Source: Malacoraja senta (Eukaryota). Taken from it: a stretch of 64,000 nucleotides of DNA. Positions 61,495-64,000 of this stretch are shown here, one piece after another. The position numbers were made by a program, and so were the translations under genes. The first letter of the stretch is position 1. Every line of letters starts with the position of its first letter. Location: positions 7,256,001 to 7,320,000 of the forward strand of contig CM075997.1 of the NCBI GenBank assembly GCA_038087875.1. The letters run 5' to 3'. The notes under the pieces are model-generated. The model saw only the letters and a program-made list of their open reading frames with translations, was not told where the DNA came from and did not search any database.

Positions 61495-62120
61495 CGGGCA
61501 GCACGGTGGCACAGCGGTAGAGTTGCTGCCTTACAGAGCTTGCAGCGCCAGAGTCCCCGACTACGGGCGCTGTCTGTACGGAGTTTGTTCATTCTCCCTG
61601 GAACCACGTGGGTTTTCTCTGAGATCTTCAGTTTCCTCCCACACTCCAAAGACGTGCAGGTTTGTAGGTTAATGGGCTTGGTATGAGTGCAAATTGTCCC
61701 TACTGTGTTTAGGATAGTGTTGAGGGCCTGTCCCACTTACGCGATTTTTTCGGCGACTGCCGGCTCCCGTCATAGGTCGCCGAAGATTTTCAACATGTTG
61801 AAAATCCAGCGGCGACCAGAAAGACGCTACAACTCTTTGGGCGACTGAGGAGACGACTCACGACCGTACAGGCGACATGTCGCGGGGTGAAGCCTGTACG
61901 GTCGTGAATAGTCGCCCAAAGAGTCGTACCTTATTCTGGTCGCTGCTGGATTTTCAACATGTTGAAAATTTTCGGAGACCTGCTGCCACTATGATGGGTG
62001 CCGGGAAGTCGGCGAAAAGAATTGCGTAAGTGGGACAGGCCCATTAGTGTGCGGGGATCGCTGGTCGGTGCGGACTCAGTGGGCCGAAGGGCCTGTTTCC
62101 GCGCTGTATCTCTACACTAA
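61495..62120 (+). mobile_element. V-SINE with nested MITE
   Basis: SINE halves are collinear around 61723-62043. Confidence 0.8.
61723..62043. mobile_element. PIF/Harbinger-type MITE, family F (palindromic)
   Basis: Same family as 34898-35225; TSD TTG/TTA at a SINE TTA. Confidence 0.85.
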
Positions 62121-62218
62121 AGTATCATTGAATCATTGAGATACACAGGTTCTTTTACACAGGGTAGGGGGAAGCATAAGGACATAGGTTGACAATGTGG
62201 TCTGTTTTCTTTTGGCAG

Positions 62219-62494
62219 GTGATGGTGATGAAGATGATGATGCACGGGAGGAGAAGCTTCCTTCATGCTTTGACTACGTCATGCATTTTCTGACCGTATT
62301 TTGGAAAGTTCTGTTTGCCTTCGTCCCTCCCACGGAGTATTGGAATGGCTGGGCCTGCTTCATCACCTGCATGTTTGCGATCGGTTTACTTACGGCTTTC
62401 ATCAACGATCTGGCTTCGCACTTCGGCTGCACAGTGGGCCTGAAGGATTCTGTCACGGCTGTGGTTTTTGTGGCGCTCGGCACTTCTATACCAG
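62219..62494 (+). CDS. SLC8A2: SLC8A exon, 276 nt, TM segments and start of the alpha-2 repeat
   Basis: tggcag|GT...CCA G|gtaatc; encodes GDGDEDDDAREEKLPSCFDYVMHFLTVFWKVLFAFVPPTEYWNGW...VALGTSIP. Confidence 0.97.
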
Positions 62495-62620
62495 GTAATC
62501 AGCAGAACGGCAAAGGCCGAATCACCGGTGGTAAATACTGCGGCAGGTTTAATCTGAAGTACGACACAAAAAGCTGGAGTAACTCAGCGGGACAGGCAGC
62601 ATCTCTGGAGGAAAGGAATA

Positions 62621-62654
62621 GGTGACGTTTCGGGTCGAGACCCTTCTTCAGACT
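62621..62654 (-). ncRNA. Minimal hammerhead motif (Penelope-associated)
   Basis: Identical to 60367-60400. Confidence 0.6.
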
Positions 62655-62867
62655 GAGAGACATGGGAAAGGGAAATGAGAGATATGGACGGCGATATAAA
62701 GAGTTATGGAAACAATGAATGAAAGATATGTAAAAAGTAGCGATGATAAAGGAAACGAGCCATTGTTAGCGGTGTGCTAGGTGAAAACAAGTTACAGACA
62801 ATGAAACTCAACAAGATGACCTTGAAGCTAGTGCGACGTTTGGATGGGAGAGGAATGGAGAGGGGCA

Positions 62868-63366
62868 TGGTCAGAGTGAGCACCACCGGAAATTGGAGGA
62901 ACAGCACCTCATATTCCGCTTGGGGAGTCTGCATCCTGGTGGCATGAACATTGACATCTTACAATTCTGTTAGCCCTGGCTGTCTCCTCCCCTTCCCATC
63001 TCTCCCTCAACCCACGGGCTCCTCCTCCTCCTTTTTCCTTTCTTCTCCCCGCCCCCTCCCACCACCCATCAGCCTGAAGAAGGGTTTCGACCCGAAACAT
63101 TACCTATTTCCTTCACTCCATAGATGCTGCTGCACCAGCTGAGTTTCTCCAGCATTTTTATGTACCAGGGGCATGCAAGGGTTACTTGGAGAAATCAATG
63201 TTCATACCGTTGGGTTGTAAGCTGCCCAAGCGAAATATGAGATGCTGTTCCTCCAATTTGTGCTGGGCCTCACTCTGACAATGGAGGAGGCCCAGGACAG
63301 AAAGATCAGTGTGGGAATGGGAATTAAAGTGTTTGGTAACCAGGAGATGAGGCAGGTCCACTGGCA
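62868..63366. mobile_element. Two Penelope-like GIY-YIG C-terminal fragments, tail to tail
   Basis: Plus copy about 62868-63165; minus copy about 63172-63366 (KLEEQHLIFRLGSLQPNGMNIDF). Confidence 0.75.
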
Positions 63367-63539
63367 GCATATAATCTGTCTCATATTTAACATACTTAAC
63401 ATCAATGAATTATTGCGAATTAAGTGATGAAAGTAATTCCATTTTTTAAGCATTTCTGATTATATTGAATTTCATCGCCAGAGTTTAAGGGTGGCATTAA
63501 TATAGGTTAGCAGTAATAAAAATCATAAGATCACAAGAC

Positions 63540-64000
63540 AAAAGACATACGAACAAAATTAGGCCATTCGGGCCATCGCGTCTGCTCCATCAATTGAACA
63601 TGGCTGATCTATTTTTCCCTCTCAACCCCATTCTCCTGCCTTCTTCCTGTAACCTTTGACACACTTACTCATCAAGAACCTATCAATTTCTGCTTAAAAA
63701 ATAACCAGTGACGACCTGCACCGCCGGATGTGGCGATGAATTCCAGATTCACCACACTCTGGCTGAAGAAATTCCTCCTCAACTCCATTTTAAAGCCACG
63801 TCTTTTTATTCTGATGTTGTGCCCTCTGGTTCTAGACTCTCCAACTAGTGGTAACATCCTCTCAACATCCACTCTAATCCGAGCCTTTCATTATTGGGTA
63901 GGCTGCAATGAAAGGCCTTTATAACAAGAGGAGTTGAGTATAGGAGCAAAGAGGTCCTTCTGCAGTTGTACAGGGCCCTAGTGAGACCACACCTGGAGTA
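63540..64000. mobile_element. CR1-like fragments (minus about 63540-63890; plus from about 63915 to the window end)
   Basis: ORF2 motifs on both strands. Confidence 0.75.

Larger units (their letters stand above)
31934..62494 (+). other. SLC8A2: Partial Na+/Ca2+ exchanger gene (5 internal exons; the gene extends beyond both window ends)
   Basis: Five AG/GT exons join in frame into CBD2 plus C-terminal TM sequence. LVIGTHSWREQF, CTVGLKDS and GTSIP favour NCX2 over NCX1/NCX3 as I recall those proteins; the family is certain, the paralog is not. Confidence 0.75.

Noticed and set aside
535..62043. CRISPR-like array from the recurring GGGCCTGTCCCAC motif
   Set aside because: Copies are dispersed inverted pairs with TSDs, not regularly spaced direct repeats; the context is vertebrate and there are no cas genes.
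62197..62625. Single-exon 142-aa gene
   Set aside because: NCX similarity is confined to the AG/GT-bounded exon 62219-62494; the flanks are intron read-through.

Overview
Eukaryotic, repeat-dense genomic DNA. The HE1-like V-SINEs and HER1/CR1-like LINEs point to an elasmobranch (skate, ray or shark); this is an inference. The window lies inside one + strand Na+/Ca2+ exchanger gene (SLC8A family, best read as SLC8A2/NCX2). Five exons splice in frame with canonical AG/GT: 31934-32037, a 21-nt microexon at 34030-34050, 41367-41491, 55920-56019 and 62219-62494. The large upstream coding exon and the last exon are outside the window. The rest is intron, mostly mobile DNA: about 18 PIF/Harbinger-type MITEs sharing one TIR, many V-SINEs and CR1 fragments, a dead Tc1, Rex1/Babar, L1 and Tx1 fragments, two Helitron 3' ends, a hAT MITE, solo LTRs, two short TSD-flanked RTE-type retroposons, and many Penelope-derived stubs carrying minimal hammerhead ribozyme motifs. 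The most unusual structure is at 33605-33856: a fold-back of Gypsy RNase H sequence with the 3' half of tRNA-Leu in its loop, next to a four-level nest of insertions between two exons. All calls were made by eye; no alignments or database searches were run, and repeat boundaries without a stated TSD are approximate.
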